A stretch of 57,017 nucleotides of DNA, filler included, from Sphacelaria rigidula (lineage: Eukaryota), in assembly GCA_964200075.2 (NCBI GenBank). It is 6 parts of 6 records of this genome, joined end to end, with 100 filler letters (N's around TTAATTAATTAA, not from the genome) between each part and the next. Parts side by side here need not be neighbours in the genome. Positions count along the whole stretch, not along the records: positions 28,561 to 37,979 come from CAXNAA020008546.1; positions 38,080 to 47,498 come from CAXNAA020008547.1; positions 47,599 to 57,017 come from CAXNAA020008548.1; 3 more parts are not named here. One strand, 5' to 3'. This document shows positions 36,015-49,477 of this stretch, piece by piece. The translations under genes and the position numbers were made by a program. Position 1 is the first letter of the stretch, and every line of letters starts with the position of its first letter. Below the pieces are notes generated by a model. That model was not told where the DNA came from and did no database searches. It saw only the letters and a program-made list of their open reading frames with translations.

Positions 36015-37979
36015 ACATCAAACGAAGCGGATGAGTTTTCAGGCAAAGAAACATTGGTTCATCCGACAGTTCTCCGATAGTGAGCTGCAGTTCACTCTTT
36101 TTCACCGAGGCCTTCAGTTCCACTCGAGAGAGACGTGGCGCCTGGGGGTGTGCGTTGTATTCTCTTCTCCAGCGGTAAATCTCCAGCGCTGCCTCCAATA
36201 TCCTTCTGGTGGAAACATGTGAATACCTTCAGTCACTTGCCGCCTGAAACTACGGGATTGGAGGTTCGTTGTTGATTACCTGTATCCGAGCACGTGTTTC
36301 CTTGATCGCACTCTACCGTACTATTTTGTGCTGCACATCAGCCCACACATGCCGGCAGTACGGCTATACCATACAACAGTGCATGGCGTGACGATGTTGC
36401 ACCATCAATACACAGCACATTACAGTATCAGTGAAGGTAATACTGTACAGTATGACAGACTGTTACCGTAGAGTTGTACGGAGAGCACTATAGCGACGGA
36501 TTTGCAAAGGACGTAGCTGTGCGGTACCACAACAGGGTGCACGATAGGGTGTTGAGCACAGCGGCACTACTAGGACTATCACTTCTGTACTGACGCGCCG
36601 CATCATAAAACCACAATATGGAGGTCGTGCATTTATACTCATGTTCACATACAGCACGAACATCTCGACAAGTAACAAGGTGAGCACGAACAGCGTCTAC
36701 TATTATAGGTGAGTAAAACCTCAGTCCCAAGGGATAGGTTTTCTGGTATTCTGTTTCCGTGGTCTACGATGGAAACGGAATAGTAGATTTTGCTGTCATG
36801 ACACATGAATCACAGGCTTTAGTAAACACCATCGAACCGTGCGGTAAGGCTAGCAATCCAGTGAGAGCATACAAGACACGACAGTAAAGTATGGCGCACG
36901 ACCAACACGATTCGATGCCAACAGATCCAACACATGCAGCATTTGTGTCCGTTCCAATGCCCACACACTGCACTGATGCTTGGCGTTCGATGCCCAGTCG
37001 TCCCAACCTAGATATGTGCCACTATGGCAGAGGTGGGAGCACCAGGCAGCAGGGCGTGCGTTCTGTGCCCACGTGTTCAAGCTCTCTTATGTTGTTCTCC
37101 AAGCAGTGCCATTTTTTGCACATTCGAGACAACAGTTTCAGCTGTCTTCTTTGAACTTGAGCCCTCGGGCGCTAGACCTATTTCAAGAACATTTTTCGTG
37201 GCTGACCTTGAGCGCCAGTATTCCCGACGCGGAGACCGAGGAACTCCTCATAAGTTGCGAGCACCATAGGTCATGTCAACATACTGTTTCTTGGGAGGTT
37301 CACAACCCCTGAGTCATATTACTGTCCAACAAAAGCGCATTTTCTCTAAATAATCTCTGTCATCCACCTGGGGTTCATTTGAAGGGGCTGAACGCCTAAC
37401 GGGTAATACAGCGAGGTGGTAACAATGCACCAGTGGCGTGTGCGGATAAACATATCGCCTGCATTGTGCTGGGAGGGATCGTCCAGCATCTGCTGATCAT
37501 GCTGTTACAAAACAAGTGTATGTGGGGGGGAAGGAGCACAACCTCCGCTCAAAAGCGCACGAAATCCCCTGGCTCAATTTTGGAGATCATGTGTTTTTTT
37601 AATTGTTAATTCGTGATCGGTCGTGGGCCGAAGTAGGCGCCTTGCCAAGTCTGCAAGTGCGATGGTGAGGAACAGCTTGCAGTGTGGTCCCTCTGAGGGC
37701 ATGGGTTAGGATCAAGTTTCGGTTCATGACCAGCAATGCAGCCCACCCACCGGTATGTGCTTGTTTCATCCACGTGGCTGATGATGGGCTGTAGAAGCAC
37801 AACGTAATCACAATTACCATGCGTTGGGTAATCAGATTGAATGAATTCAAGACAAACATGGAATGTGCTTGTAAGATGCAATACATCATGCGCACCTATC
37901 CTTCTTTTGTGTGTATATATACGTATCCCCCCCCCCCAAAAAAAAAAAATGGAAATAAATTCAACAAGTTGATGGGTGA

Positions 37980-38079
37980 NNNNNNNNNNNNNNNNNNNNN
38001 NNNNNNNNNNNNNNNNNNNNNNNTTAATTAATTAANNNNNNNNNNNNNNNNNNNNNNNNNNNNNNNNNNNNNNNNNNNN
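37980..38079. other. Artificial contig spacer
   Basis: N run with TTAATTAATTAA. Confidence 0.98.
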
Positions 38080-39910
38080 CGAATCAATTAGACTGAAACC
38101 AAGTAACTTCCAGACGAATCACTTGATTTGTCCGACCCTTGAAAGAGTGCACCCCTCCCGTACCATTTGCTATTTGCCCTTCCGATTGGTTGAGAGCAGA
38201 CGGGCAGCCAATAGGAAGGGAGGACAAGGAAAGACAACACAAAACATCAACACGACCAGAATAACCCCCACTCTCAGGGCACGTTCTCACCCTCCTTACT
38301 TGTCTCGTTGAAACATGGCCTAATTCATAATGGTGCGTCGGAGCGCACTTGACTCGACCTTTTTGACTGCCGGAGGATGATCTATATTTGTGAGGTCGGC
38401 AAAATTTTTATTCCGTTTTTCAAGTGAAAGAAACGCCGATTCTACAAATGGACCACAATCTGCGCTCAAATGCAGTAGACCCGAAGAAATATTCAATGGT
38501 TGACAGGGATGGCTACTTGATTTTAGACTCGAGAAAGTTCTGAGAAAATTCATGGTTTGCGGCAGGTGAGCAGTAAACCCAGCTCGTCTAGAACGTGGTT
38601 TTGTCGAAATCGGCGCCTGCCGTGACGATTTGAGGTCTGCCAACATACACCTTGCCTACGGAGATCTAAGCACCCTCCTCGCCCGAGGGTCTCGTGTGCC
38701 TTGGGTCGGGGTTAGGGTTTCAGGGTTAGTGTTCGTGTTACTTTGTGACAATCGATGATGTTTCCCATCAATCATTGCGCACGAACATTTCTTCAGGTCC
38801 CGTCCTCGAATGATTGGCCGAGAGGGTAGGTGATCTCATCGATTGAATCTGCGTCGCTGTTATGGGTTGGAATGGGCAACCTAACGACCGAAAATATCCA
38901 CTATATAAAAACACGGAGGAATAATTAAGACGTCAGTAGGTGGTCGTACCTTTGCCGATCCCTTCACGAACAGAGCACACGCTTCATCACTTATTAACTT
39001 GGTTTAGTATGGAATATCTGTAGCACTTGAGATCGCGCGGTTCTCGACACAGGAAGCAAACCGGCCCACGGCACTTCACAGCCCCCCGCATACTCACAAC
39101 AGCTACGCCGAGACGTTCCATTATTCGCTCAATTGGCGACAGCGGACCGGAAAAGCACCCCAAAAAACGAAAACACCTTATTTTTGTATACTTGGGGGGT
39201 TGGCGGGATAGTATCACGCGCACAGGTACAAACTCAACGTCTCGAACTAGATTGGGTGTGTGGGAAGCGCACGCAAGAAACCGCAGTCCAATCCTCCGAT
39301 TCATTGCCGAGATAGCCGCGTTGCGCGATCGACACAACAACATAGTGCAACAACATAGTGCAACAAGAGAGGCACAACAACAACACGAGCAGCAGTTTTT
39401 ATCCTCCTATTGTTGGGGACCTTGTGTACGGGTGTACAGGTGTACAGCAACGTCAGTCACAGGTTTGCTGTAGAATGTACAAAAAAATAGAATATTTTGT
39501 ATGAGCGTGGTCGTCGTTTCAAGGTGATGCGTGTCCTTATGATCGATACTGATTGGCCCATGTGGGCTTCTTCTGCATACAGTAGTCAGTGCGCATTTTC
39601 CCGAAATATAGTACCCCAAATCGGCCCCCATTCCTATCCACAACTGTACCTTATTTCGCAAGTACAAAATGATGCAGATCCTACAGATCACCTACTCTCG
39701 CCGTCAAAAAGGGCTAGACCCGTTGACGGCTAGCATATACGTCACATCTGTTGAATCGGCTCCAACTTCACTCTAGAAAAAGTACGCATGATCCAGATGA
39801 ACTACCCTCGCGGCCGAGGGTTTAACTCTTTGGAACGTGAGGGTAGGTTATCCGAGTTATGTATTGATGTTTCGAGTGACGTTAATGCCAATCCGACGGA
39901 CCACCTCTAA

Positions 39911-40207
39911 CAACGTTTTCGTGAGATTGAGAGTGGAGTACTGATCGAGAGTGGCCTTGATCATTCGCTTTAACTCAGCCATTTTTTTATTCCGTGTGTG
40001 TTTTTCTTTGCCTTCATCACTGGCGTGTGTTCACAGCCACACGGCGATATCCTACTCAGAGAAATCAAGGGCCTCAGAGGCAAGCTACTACAGAAAGCAT
40101 ATAAGGCTTCGTGGAGGGGGCATTTCGGAACTGAAACGATTTATTCACTTATTGATCACTTTTCACTGTCAATCGTATCCTCTACTCTAAATCTCACAAA
40201 AGCATTG
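39911..40207. mobile_element. About 300-bp MITE (CAACGTTTTCGTGAGATTGAGAGT TIR family)
   Basis: TIRs at both ends; further copies at 48787-49084 and 49144-49477. Confidence 0.75.
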
Positions 40208-43200
40208 CTCTATATCAATATATGCACGGCGGCAATGACTATCGATAAATACCAGAATCTACTGTGATACACAATGCCTACCGATCGATATTCTCTGCCG
40301 TCTATTGCCACGCCTACATCGCAACATACGACGTATAGAGCATATTATACTCCGTTAGGACACGGTAGAGAAGCCGCAGGTGGACATGCAGTGGGTATAT
40401 AATGACACGACCTGTGAAAATATGACATCACGTTTCTACAATTTTGGAACGCTTGTATTTTGTAGGAATCCACAATATGTGTGGACAAAAGTTTACAGCT
40501 TGTGTTGTTGGTGTGGTGTGAGTACTTATGGTTGTCCCTCTGATGGACATGAGCGCTTACAATACTTTTGTGTGTGGATCAGATGTGCTTATACCCTGGA
40601 CAATAAATGACTATGTAGTAGATCATTCGCGCTGCAATAGCCCCGAAAATTTGTCTTGTCAATGTTCATTGTCGGTCATAATCGGCTGTCATCAAAGTCT
40701 ATCAATAGCTATTGTAGGCGACAATAGATTCGGGACAAGGGACAGAATGTATCATTGCCGTGACAATGGAGGGGCCAAGTCGTCCGTCGACACATTTTAT
40801 GTGTTGCAATAGGCTCTGAATGGTGGCCACCAATGTATATTGTCAATCACAATAGGATCTGCCACGCGGCCAGCAATACATATTGTTGGTCACAAAAGGA
40901 TTTCAATTGAGCCCACCAATGTCTATTGAGGGTCACAATGGAATCTGAATCACGGCCACCAGTATCTATTGCCCACCACAAAAGTAGCTGAATGGCGTCG
41001 ATCACTAGCGCTATGTATGCACATATTTCGCTGTATGTTTCCACCTTATTCCACAGAAGCTAAGGCCAGCTACCGCCTCAGGTCGCTGCGTATTCATGTG
41101 TAAGGGATATCGCCATTGATGTCATGAGACCACCGCAGTGAGCAATCTTTTTTCAAATCCTATCGTTGACGTCACTGGCTATCGATAGGTGCTCCAGAGA
41201 ACAATCGATCGTTGACGGCAATGCCCATACTGGTAGATACCAAAAAATGCACTATTGGCGGCACAGGCTACCGATAGACGGCTAACCAAATCTATCGATG
41301 GCAATAATAGGTATTGATAGATGGCTCACCAAACCTTTTGATAACAACGTTGACTATCGATGGATATCTCACGAAACAAATTGATTATGGCAATGGATGT
41401 CGTTATATACAACCCAGAATCTTCTGCGGTACACAATGTTCATCGATAGCGAGTGATCGTCGTCTATTGCAATTGCCATAGGCTATCGATCGGCTGTTGC
41501 AAAATCTTTTGTCCCTTGCAATACATATCATTAGATGTGTTTCACCATCTATCGTATTCGATAATATAAATCGATAGATTTTCCCCCGTGTCTATTGCTG
41601 AAGCAATGGACTGTTATTGTGTCCATTGTCCACAGTGTGCTCTAGTACGATGAACTTCGCCGTACAGCGGTGAAACCGCAAACTACTTGATTTTAGTAAG
41701 AAAATGGCGTATTTAGGCCTTCTTTGACGTGAACATAAAATTCAAACATGAGTTGATCAAGTTTTGCCACGAAACTATGTGGGACCCTTCCTTGGGTTTT
41801 GCAGTGACAGCTCGTCCGCGAAAAAATGAAAATAAACTATATCGTAGTGCCGGTTTTCCGGGGTCCCAAACTGGAGACTACTCGAAAAACGACCAGGATC
41901 CCGTTGGACCCCCGAAAAACGGTGAAAAACTGATGAAATAAAAAATCTCATACATATAAATTTCCATAATGACACATAGCATAGTTGTGCCAAGTTTTTC
42001 AAGGTCTAACTCCTTACGACGGCGTGAAGGTTTGCGCGTTTGAGGAGGACTTGGGCTTGAAAGGTGCAACTCCTAAGTACTTGGTTTCAGAATGAAAACG
42101 TCTTTTGGGGTGAATTTTACATCAAGGCAAGAAAATTGTAGGAGGCTTTCGAGTTTCTCCACCAAACTTGGTACATGTGTTCCTTGGACTATTCCGGGAC
42201 GCACCATTTTATTGTTTTTCTCTGGAGGCATTCTGTACCGCCTTCCGGGCGTCTTCATACTGGGACCTCCGGAAGTCGGTAGAGAACGGGGAAACTATGA
42301 AATATTGTCAAAAATATATTTTTTCTCATTGGAGCATCAGTACCTACGGAATTGCCAAGTTTGAGGGCAATCTGAGCTTTTCTACAACAGATATAGGGGA
42401 CACCGTCACGAGGCTCCCTGGGTCTCTCATGCGTATGATTGGTGGAAATTAGACGACGCTAACACCTGACATCACCGAAACAACACAGTTTCGGGTATAA
42501 TTCGACCCCATAGTAACCGTTTAAAATGTGTTTTTTTCGTTACATTCCCGAGCCGATGGTTACTGCGATTTGAAGCATGTGGAGATTGGGTCCCAATTAG
42601 GCTTGGAATCCGTAATTTTTATATCGGAACAATTTGACGGGCGCTGATTGGTCGATATACTTCTTTGCCTATAGCGCTACCGCTATGGTCATACACACAA
42701 ATCCGGCTATGTCATGCTCTTCAGCTGTCCATGGCGGTCAGTATGATATCATGTATGGGACTATCGGGTAGGTATTGCGAGAGGCATTTGCTGATGACAC
42801 AATTTCGGGTGACACCTGTTGGAGACACAATTTCGGGTGATTTGCGTGAACCAGCCTGTAAGCAAGCAAGCGGGGGGGCATTTCACTATTCGACAGACTG
42901 CCAACGAGCATTATGATGTTCAAACTATGTGTGGCAGTACTACTCTGTCGTCGACTTTCATCCAGTCCGCGCTCGCGAACGCGAACGCTCATGACTTGAT
43001 TTCAAGAAATGCATCATACGGCCTGTACACACGAATGGAATGCTCGTGCATTACAACAGAACCCAGGGAGCTCTGTAGATTAAAAATGTGAACCCCTCCC
43101 GTCGCCCCCCCTGAGGAAAACACTCCAATATTTGAGCGCTCAAAAAGTTGAACTATAATAAAACCTGAACATGAGCACGCATTACAACAGTACAGTAGTT

Positions 43201-43517
43201 TGGCACCTCAACGGTGCGTCCCACAGTGGGCTTCATCTCTCCTTGAAATTACGGTGTCGCTCGTGTTGCGGAATTTATTGTGTGTGTGCTTGTGTTGTCG
43301 TCCCATCTGTACTATGAAGCATGCGGGCCGTTAACATGTTGCTCCTGCTGCGCACGGCATGGTCTGCAGCTCTGCTGCACTCTCTGTTGTACTGAAGCTG
43401 CGTGACTGCTAGTATCGGGATTTTTGTGGTATCCACGGCAAAATGTACTTTGTACGAAATGGGCCCCGGGCTTCGTACAGATGCACTTTACGTGTGGAGT
43501 CAGGAACGGGGCACCAG

Positions 43518-43852
43518 GTGTTGTCGTCCCATCTCTTCTGGGCACCGACTACATCTTTCGGTATGTGTGGGCGCACAAGCGGGGGTCACACAGGAGGGAG
43601 GTCAATACAGAAGTGTTTCCTTTTATGTTTGTTCGCTTCTCCACCCTCCTTTTGCGGTGCATGCCTTCTTTTCACGGCAGGAGTTCAGCACTGCCTTTCG
43701 AAATTAGGTCGAATTGTGTGTACCACCGACATGGTAGCTCTCCTCTTGTTGGGCATGGTGTGAGAAAAACTCCCAGATCGCTCCGAGATTTGAAACCACG
43801 ACCCAACCGTCAGAAGGTTTCAAGGTTACCAAGTGAGTCACCGGGGCGACCG
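43518..43852 (-). mobile_element. tRNA-derived SINE, most complete copy
   Basis: Reverse complement: GGTCGCCCCGGTGACTCACTTGG (A-box-like) .. GTTTCAAATC (B-box-like) ..CGGAGCGATC, family body, GATGGGACGACAACAC tail. Confidence 0.85.
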
Positions 43853-45278
43853 GTATACTGACGGTAACAAGCTATCTGTGCAACGCACGCGTCGAGGGCA
43901 GACCTATTTTCGGAACATTTTCATCCAGACGCTGTACAGGGTAGCTGAGCAGATATCCGTTTGTGCGCACGATCCTCGTCAGCATAGCATGGACACGATG
44001 TATTCCAAAGCCCCCAACTCTTGACTCGTTTATAGAACTACATGTTTTGAGCTGTCAGGGCAGGTGTTCTTCACGTATCTTCAACTGGAGATCGGTGAGA
44101 GGATCGATGGGGGTCATCTCGAGTCGAGAGTGACCGATGCCCCTAGGGCGACTGCTACTATACATGGTGTTGGAGCAGAAGAGTAACTGCAAGTGGAGGA
44201 GACGATAGGGAGACGAGGTTCGCGGGCATGAGCATTCGGAACTTTACCTTTGACACGCCGCTGTAGCTAAAGAGGCCCCGGGTCGGGCTGGGAAAATGAA
44301 AACCTGTTTCCTGGTGGCTGCGGACCCCGTTGAGGGTATAGACCGAACCCGAGACTGCTGCTGGTGCTCTGCATCAATGCAAAACACCCACTCTTAGGTA
44401 AACGTAACTTTCGGTCAGACCGCAACACGTATACATCACAATCGGGGTATTTACTCCTGTCGGAGTCCTGCCGGCGATGGTGGGGGTGTGGTGGCTGTGC
44501 AAGGGGTGGGTTTGCTGCGCTCTGCTGCGATGATGGAGATGTTGCTGATGTACCCTTCATTTCCGCTCTATGAAGCATACTTGCAACGGGTGGAAATACG
44601 CGCATTCAACGCAAGGCGATGTTGTACCTTCAAAAGCAGCGCCATTGAAGGTGCGGTTCAACACGCTGGGTATTCTTCTCAGGGCGCGCTCTGAACCTCG
44701 AGCTCCACTTGTATGTACTACGAGTAGGTTCAAGTGCAGGTGCCACATTGTTCCACTGCACTTCCTATGTACCGTTATTGTCTGTATGAGCCACAATTGT
44801 AGAAGCGTCCAACACAACCGTAGTAAACCGCGGCCTGAACATCATTCTCCTGCATATCGGTTCATCACATCTGTCAAGGGGCGTTCAGCACAACAATTCA
44901 GCAAATGTCGTACCAGACTACTGTACTATCTGTACCCAGCTACTACCTGTACTACCTCTACTCGGTACTGCCGTCTTTCCGTGCCGCGCAAGTTATCATG
45001 AGGGTTTACTGTCGCGTAACTCCTCGTAATGGACATTTTGCGTTGATGCAGTAGAAGTCGTTCATGTATTGCTTGCTCGTGAATTTGGCCATCACTTGAA
45101 ACCCAAGCACTGACCCCTCTATTGCGAGTACTATAGGCAGTACAGTAGTCAGTACCGTCAAGGTGAGGATACTAATGTCTAGTATTGGACGAGTAAACCG
45201 GATGTGTTGGTAGTGAAGAGTTGGTTTTCCGCTAGACCAAACGATCTACTCTACAGTTGAGCTGGCCAGGCCGCGTAC

Positions 45279-45383
45279 CTTGATGGCGTGCACTTCGCCG
45301 TTAACATGACGTGCCCGGTAAACCTTGCCGAATGAGCCACGGCCTATCTGCTCCAGCAACTCGTATTCGTCCTCGGACACCAT
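45279..45383 (-). CDS. Ser/Thr protein kinase, first coding exon (subdomains I-II)
   Basis: MVSEDEYELLEQIGRGSFGKVYRARHVNGEVHAIK has GxGxxG and AIK, followed by donor AAG|GTACGC; STE20-like by eye; downstream exons not identified in this contig. Confidence 0.85.
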
Positions 45384-47423
45384 TGCTCCCTCGGAAATCA
45401 CTCCGCTGTACTTCTTGTAACGCGACAAAATTCGATTCGGGACATGTCTGAGTATTGTGTTTCCTGTTTTTCATCACAACCTTTGATTTCAAATTCAGAC
45501 AAATCCCGTTGGTCGTAGGTATATGCTTCTTAAGGTTCAGATTACCAACTGAGCCAGCGGGGCGACGGACACATGCTAGTTTCCCCCTGGATTGTCTGAT
45601 TTCCGCCGTTAAGAGCGTGAGGGTGTGGAAATCAGAACAAAAATGCTGTCGTTAACACTGCTTTCCTGATGGCAAATGGCTTCCATGTGAAAGACCTCAT
45701 GACCCCCGACCCCCGTGAAACCTTTTTGAGGGGTTTTCCGTCTTCCGTTCCCTTAGAGATTATGTGCGAAATAACGTTTTTTGCCTCGATCCCAAGTCAA
45801 AAAAAGGGACGCTTTCTAGCCCGAAAATGCTTTCGCACATACCCTTTGGAAATCCTTCCAATAATATGCAGGCATTTACCCAATCATGATGCAGAACCTG
45901 TGATCGGGGTTTAGAACGGCGGAATGGAAAATGACTTTCAAACTTATACAACAAGCGTATCCTCTACCACACGCGGGGAATGTATCGAACGCCACTTGCG
46001 TGCTGTGGTAGGTAAGAAAACATCAGAGCTCCTGACTATCATATTTTTGGGTGTATTCCAGGGATAAGAACCGAGATATACGTGAATATGGGCATTATTG
46101 ACTCTGCTGACTCCACTACGTCTCTTTTTCTTTGAAATTGTTAAACAACGTGACACTAGCCAGGGGCAACATTTTTGCTGGCTGTGGAGCACTCAATCAC
46201 TACTCGTCAGTGTTCCAACCCAGCATCGCAAACCAATATAGAGCAAAATATCATACCAGATGCCAAAGCGAAAGGTGCTACCCGGAGATATGAAAACTCC
46301 CACCACAGTCATTCATGGCAGAAAGGGGTTCAATTTAGGGCTGTTCGACCACCTAGGCAGCATGGAGTGCAAGCTGCGGCTCACAGAAAGCCAAGAGAAG
46401 GTGGGTGTGTAAGGTCGTTGGGACTGGTTGTATGATACGGGGGGGGTGTTCGGTTGCATGAAACAAGGGGGGTGTTTCATGAACTCGTGCATTTGTTTTT
46501 CGCTTGTATGTGGCTGCAAACGTTGTCAGGCGGTATGAAAGCGCGCGCCTGTATGTGTGTTGTGTCGATACAAAGAGCATTCACGTGGAGTTTTTTCCTG
46601 TTAGAGCGACACTCCAACATGAATGCTCTCGTGCAATGAATGGCTCCAAATACTCCCTACCCCGATCGTAGGATCACTCACTCCTAGTTGCGTCTCTTTT
46701 GTTCGTCGGGATGTTGCTGTAATCCTGCATCCGCCTGGTGTTGTGCATGCACATGCTGTTTGTGTCTTTTGCACCGAAGCTCGTGTACATGTTGTTACAC
46801 CCTTTGACCACCGGGGTAGGTCATCTGTTGAATCTGTGCTATGCCAGCTTGAAAAATGGCTGCAAGATCCAGGTTACCCACGCTCGTGGTCAAGTGGATG
46901 ACTCAGTGTCTTTGGCGACCTTGAGATCTTCAGGCCGTGCGTTCTCGACACGGAAATCACGGTCCACGATCACTCTCTCGAATCTGGTTCAACCCATAAC
47001 GATCACCTTGACTCTCATCGGAGATCCTACGTACAGCAAGAAGAGCTGCCGAAGATCATGTGAAACGAAGAGTCACGCAATAATGTTTTACGTGTTCGAC
47101 ACCTCTAGACTAATGCTACAGTATCATACATACAATACGGTACGGTAAGTGCCTCACAAGTCTTCCCATCGAGATAAAAGCACACGTCGGACAGATCAGG
47201 TCGTGACAGCTCCGGGTCGGCTCATTTGGGACGTAGGTCGTGACCTGTCCGAGATGTACTGTCAACTGCGCACGTTTGTCTGATGGTGATCTGTAGGATC
47301 CGCTTGACCTGTACATGATTGCCCAGCGACGAGCTGTACGACCTGCGTCATACACACATGTTCATATACAACTGATCTGCAGAACTGTGTCATCCTCACA
47401 ATATCACATGGTTGTGATCTATA

Positions 47424-47498
47424 CGAGCTGGGCCAGCCTGAAAACGGATTCATGCTCTAAAAGCAATATGTCATCGACACAGACGAGTTGGGCCGTGA
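47424..47498. mobile_element. Left end of a CGAGCTGGGCCAGCC-TIR element, cut by contig end
   Basis: Matches 34734-34820; preceded by TA. Confidence 0.75.
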
Positions 47499-47598
47499 NN
47501 NNNNNNNNNNNNNNNNNNNNNNNNNNNNNNNNNNNNNNNNNNTTAATTAATTAANNNNNNNNNNNNNNNNNNNNNNNNNNNNNNNNNNNNNNNNNNNN
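47499..47598. other. Artificial contig spacer
   Basis: N run with TTAATTAATTAA. Confidence 0.98.
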
Positions 47599-48786
47599 AC
47601 ACAATCCCGGGGAGCGGTTGATTCTCATTTCAAAATGCGTTCTCATTTTTCTGGCAACCCTGTTAGTTGCTGTGTATGCGCGCATCGGTCTTAGAACACA
47701 CATCCATGTACATAAAATATGTTGTTTGCTGCTGTGTTCGACGCTGCGTACATTGCGTACCAACCGCAGCGTGACGCCTTCAATAGGAATTCACAAATTG
47801 GGGATGGATCTGTTATTGGGGATCAAAACCCTGAGAAATTAAATCTTCGTATCCACACCAAATCTTCGAAATTTTCTTCCATGTGTTCACTTAATGGTAG
47901 CTATTGACAACTACTACAGAGTGATGTTGCGGTAGGGTTGCACTTTTTGAGCGAAAATGTTTCTCGGGGTGTTGCACGGATCATTTGGAGAATCGGCATC
48001 ATCATTTTCACTTGAAAAAGACTGATAATGACGACACTTTCTACGATAGCCCCCCCCAAAACCAGCCAAAAATGGTACGAAAACAATGGCCATACAGTGC
48101 CTGATGTTTGCGTTCAGGCTGCATGAAGCGCCTCATATTGACGACATCGGCTAGAACGAACCCAATCGTGGGAATTCCCAGTTGCTCGTTGAACTCGGCT
48201 TTTCCCACTTCGATTTCCGTGAAGATTTTGCCTCCGAAAACCATGCACTTTTGGGGGGGGGGATATCGTAGAAAGTGTCTGATACCGATTCACGAAAAGG
48301 CCCCTGTTACTCGATGAAATCGCGAAAAAGTCCGCAACATCTGAGTGAACTACAGGTGAGGCAACCGCCGAAATATTCACCTGCACGCTCTGCTCCAGTG
48401 CACTGAAAGTTGGCATCGCTAGAAGGACACTACCATAACCAACTCGCCGGTTGCCAGACTGTCAGGACGTAAATTGCGCTAGCATTGCTACTGTTTGTAC
48501 GGGGATGCTGCCCCCCTGTCGGGTCCGTGGGGAAGGGTCCGTGGCAAAATGCTGTGGTCGCGTCAAGCAGCTGCACGCTGGGCATTCTCACTCAAGACTT
48601 TGATTTGGAGCATGATACCAGCTAGGCAGCAGCAACTGCTGTGTGTCCAGGTGCCCCTTGGAGCAAGATGCGTTCGGTTTCTCTTCGATGAAGTTTTCCC
48701 CAAACACCGAAAGCAATACGAGTTTTAGTGTGGAAAAATGCAGCGAAAAACGAGTCGCAAAAATCAAGTCACAAAAGATGGTTCAA

Positions 48787-49477
48787 CAACGCTTTCGTGA
48801 GATTGAGAGTAGAGCACCGATTGAGAGTGGCTTTGGTAGTTCGCCATATAATGTGGCCAATTTTTTATTCCGTGTGTGATTTTCTTCGCCTTCATCACTG
48901 GCGTGTGCTTACAGCTACACGTCGATATCCTACTCGGGGATACCAAGGGCCTCAGTGGCAAGCTACTATAGAAAGCATATCGGGTCTTGTGGAGGAGCAT
49001 TTCGGAACTGAAACGATTAATTTACTAATTGACCGCTTTTCACCCTCAATCGTATCCTCTACTCTCAATCTCACGAAAACATTGTTGTTAGTCGAGTTTT
49101 GCCCGGAGCAAAAACCAATCTCACTAAGTGAAAATAGGAAAAACAACGTTTTCGAAACGGTGAGAGTAGAGCGCTGATTGAGAGTGGCTTTGATCATTCG
49201 CTTTAACTTGGCCAAATTTTCATTTCGTGTGTGGTTTTCCTTGCCTCTATCACTGCCGTGTGCTCACAGCTACACGTCGATATCCCATCACTGGCGTGTG
49301 CTTACAGCTACACGTCGATATCCTACTCGGGGATATCAAGGGCCTCCGTGGCAAGCCATTACAGAAAGCATATTGGGCCTCGTGGAGGGCATATCGGAAC
49401 TGAAACGGGCCATGCACGAATTAACTGCGGTTCACTCTCAATCGTACTGTATCATCTACTCTCATTTTCACGAAAGC
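48787..49477. mobile_element. Two adjacent copies of the 300-bp MITE
   Basis: 48787-49084 and 49144-49477, homologous to 39911-40207; the second has an internal duplication of about 38 bp. Confidence 0.75.

Noticed and set aside
36030..37560. Possible decayed transposase or gene
   Set aside because: Only short ORFs with no recognisable motif in the frames I read.
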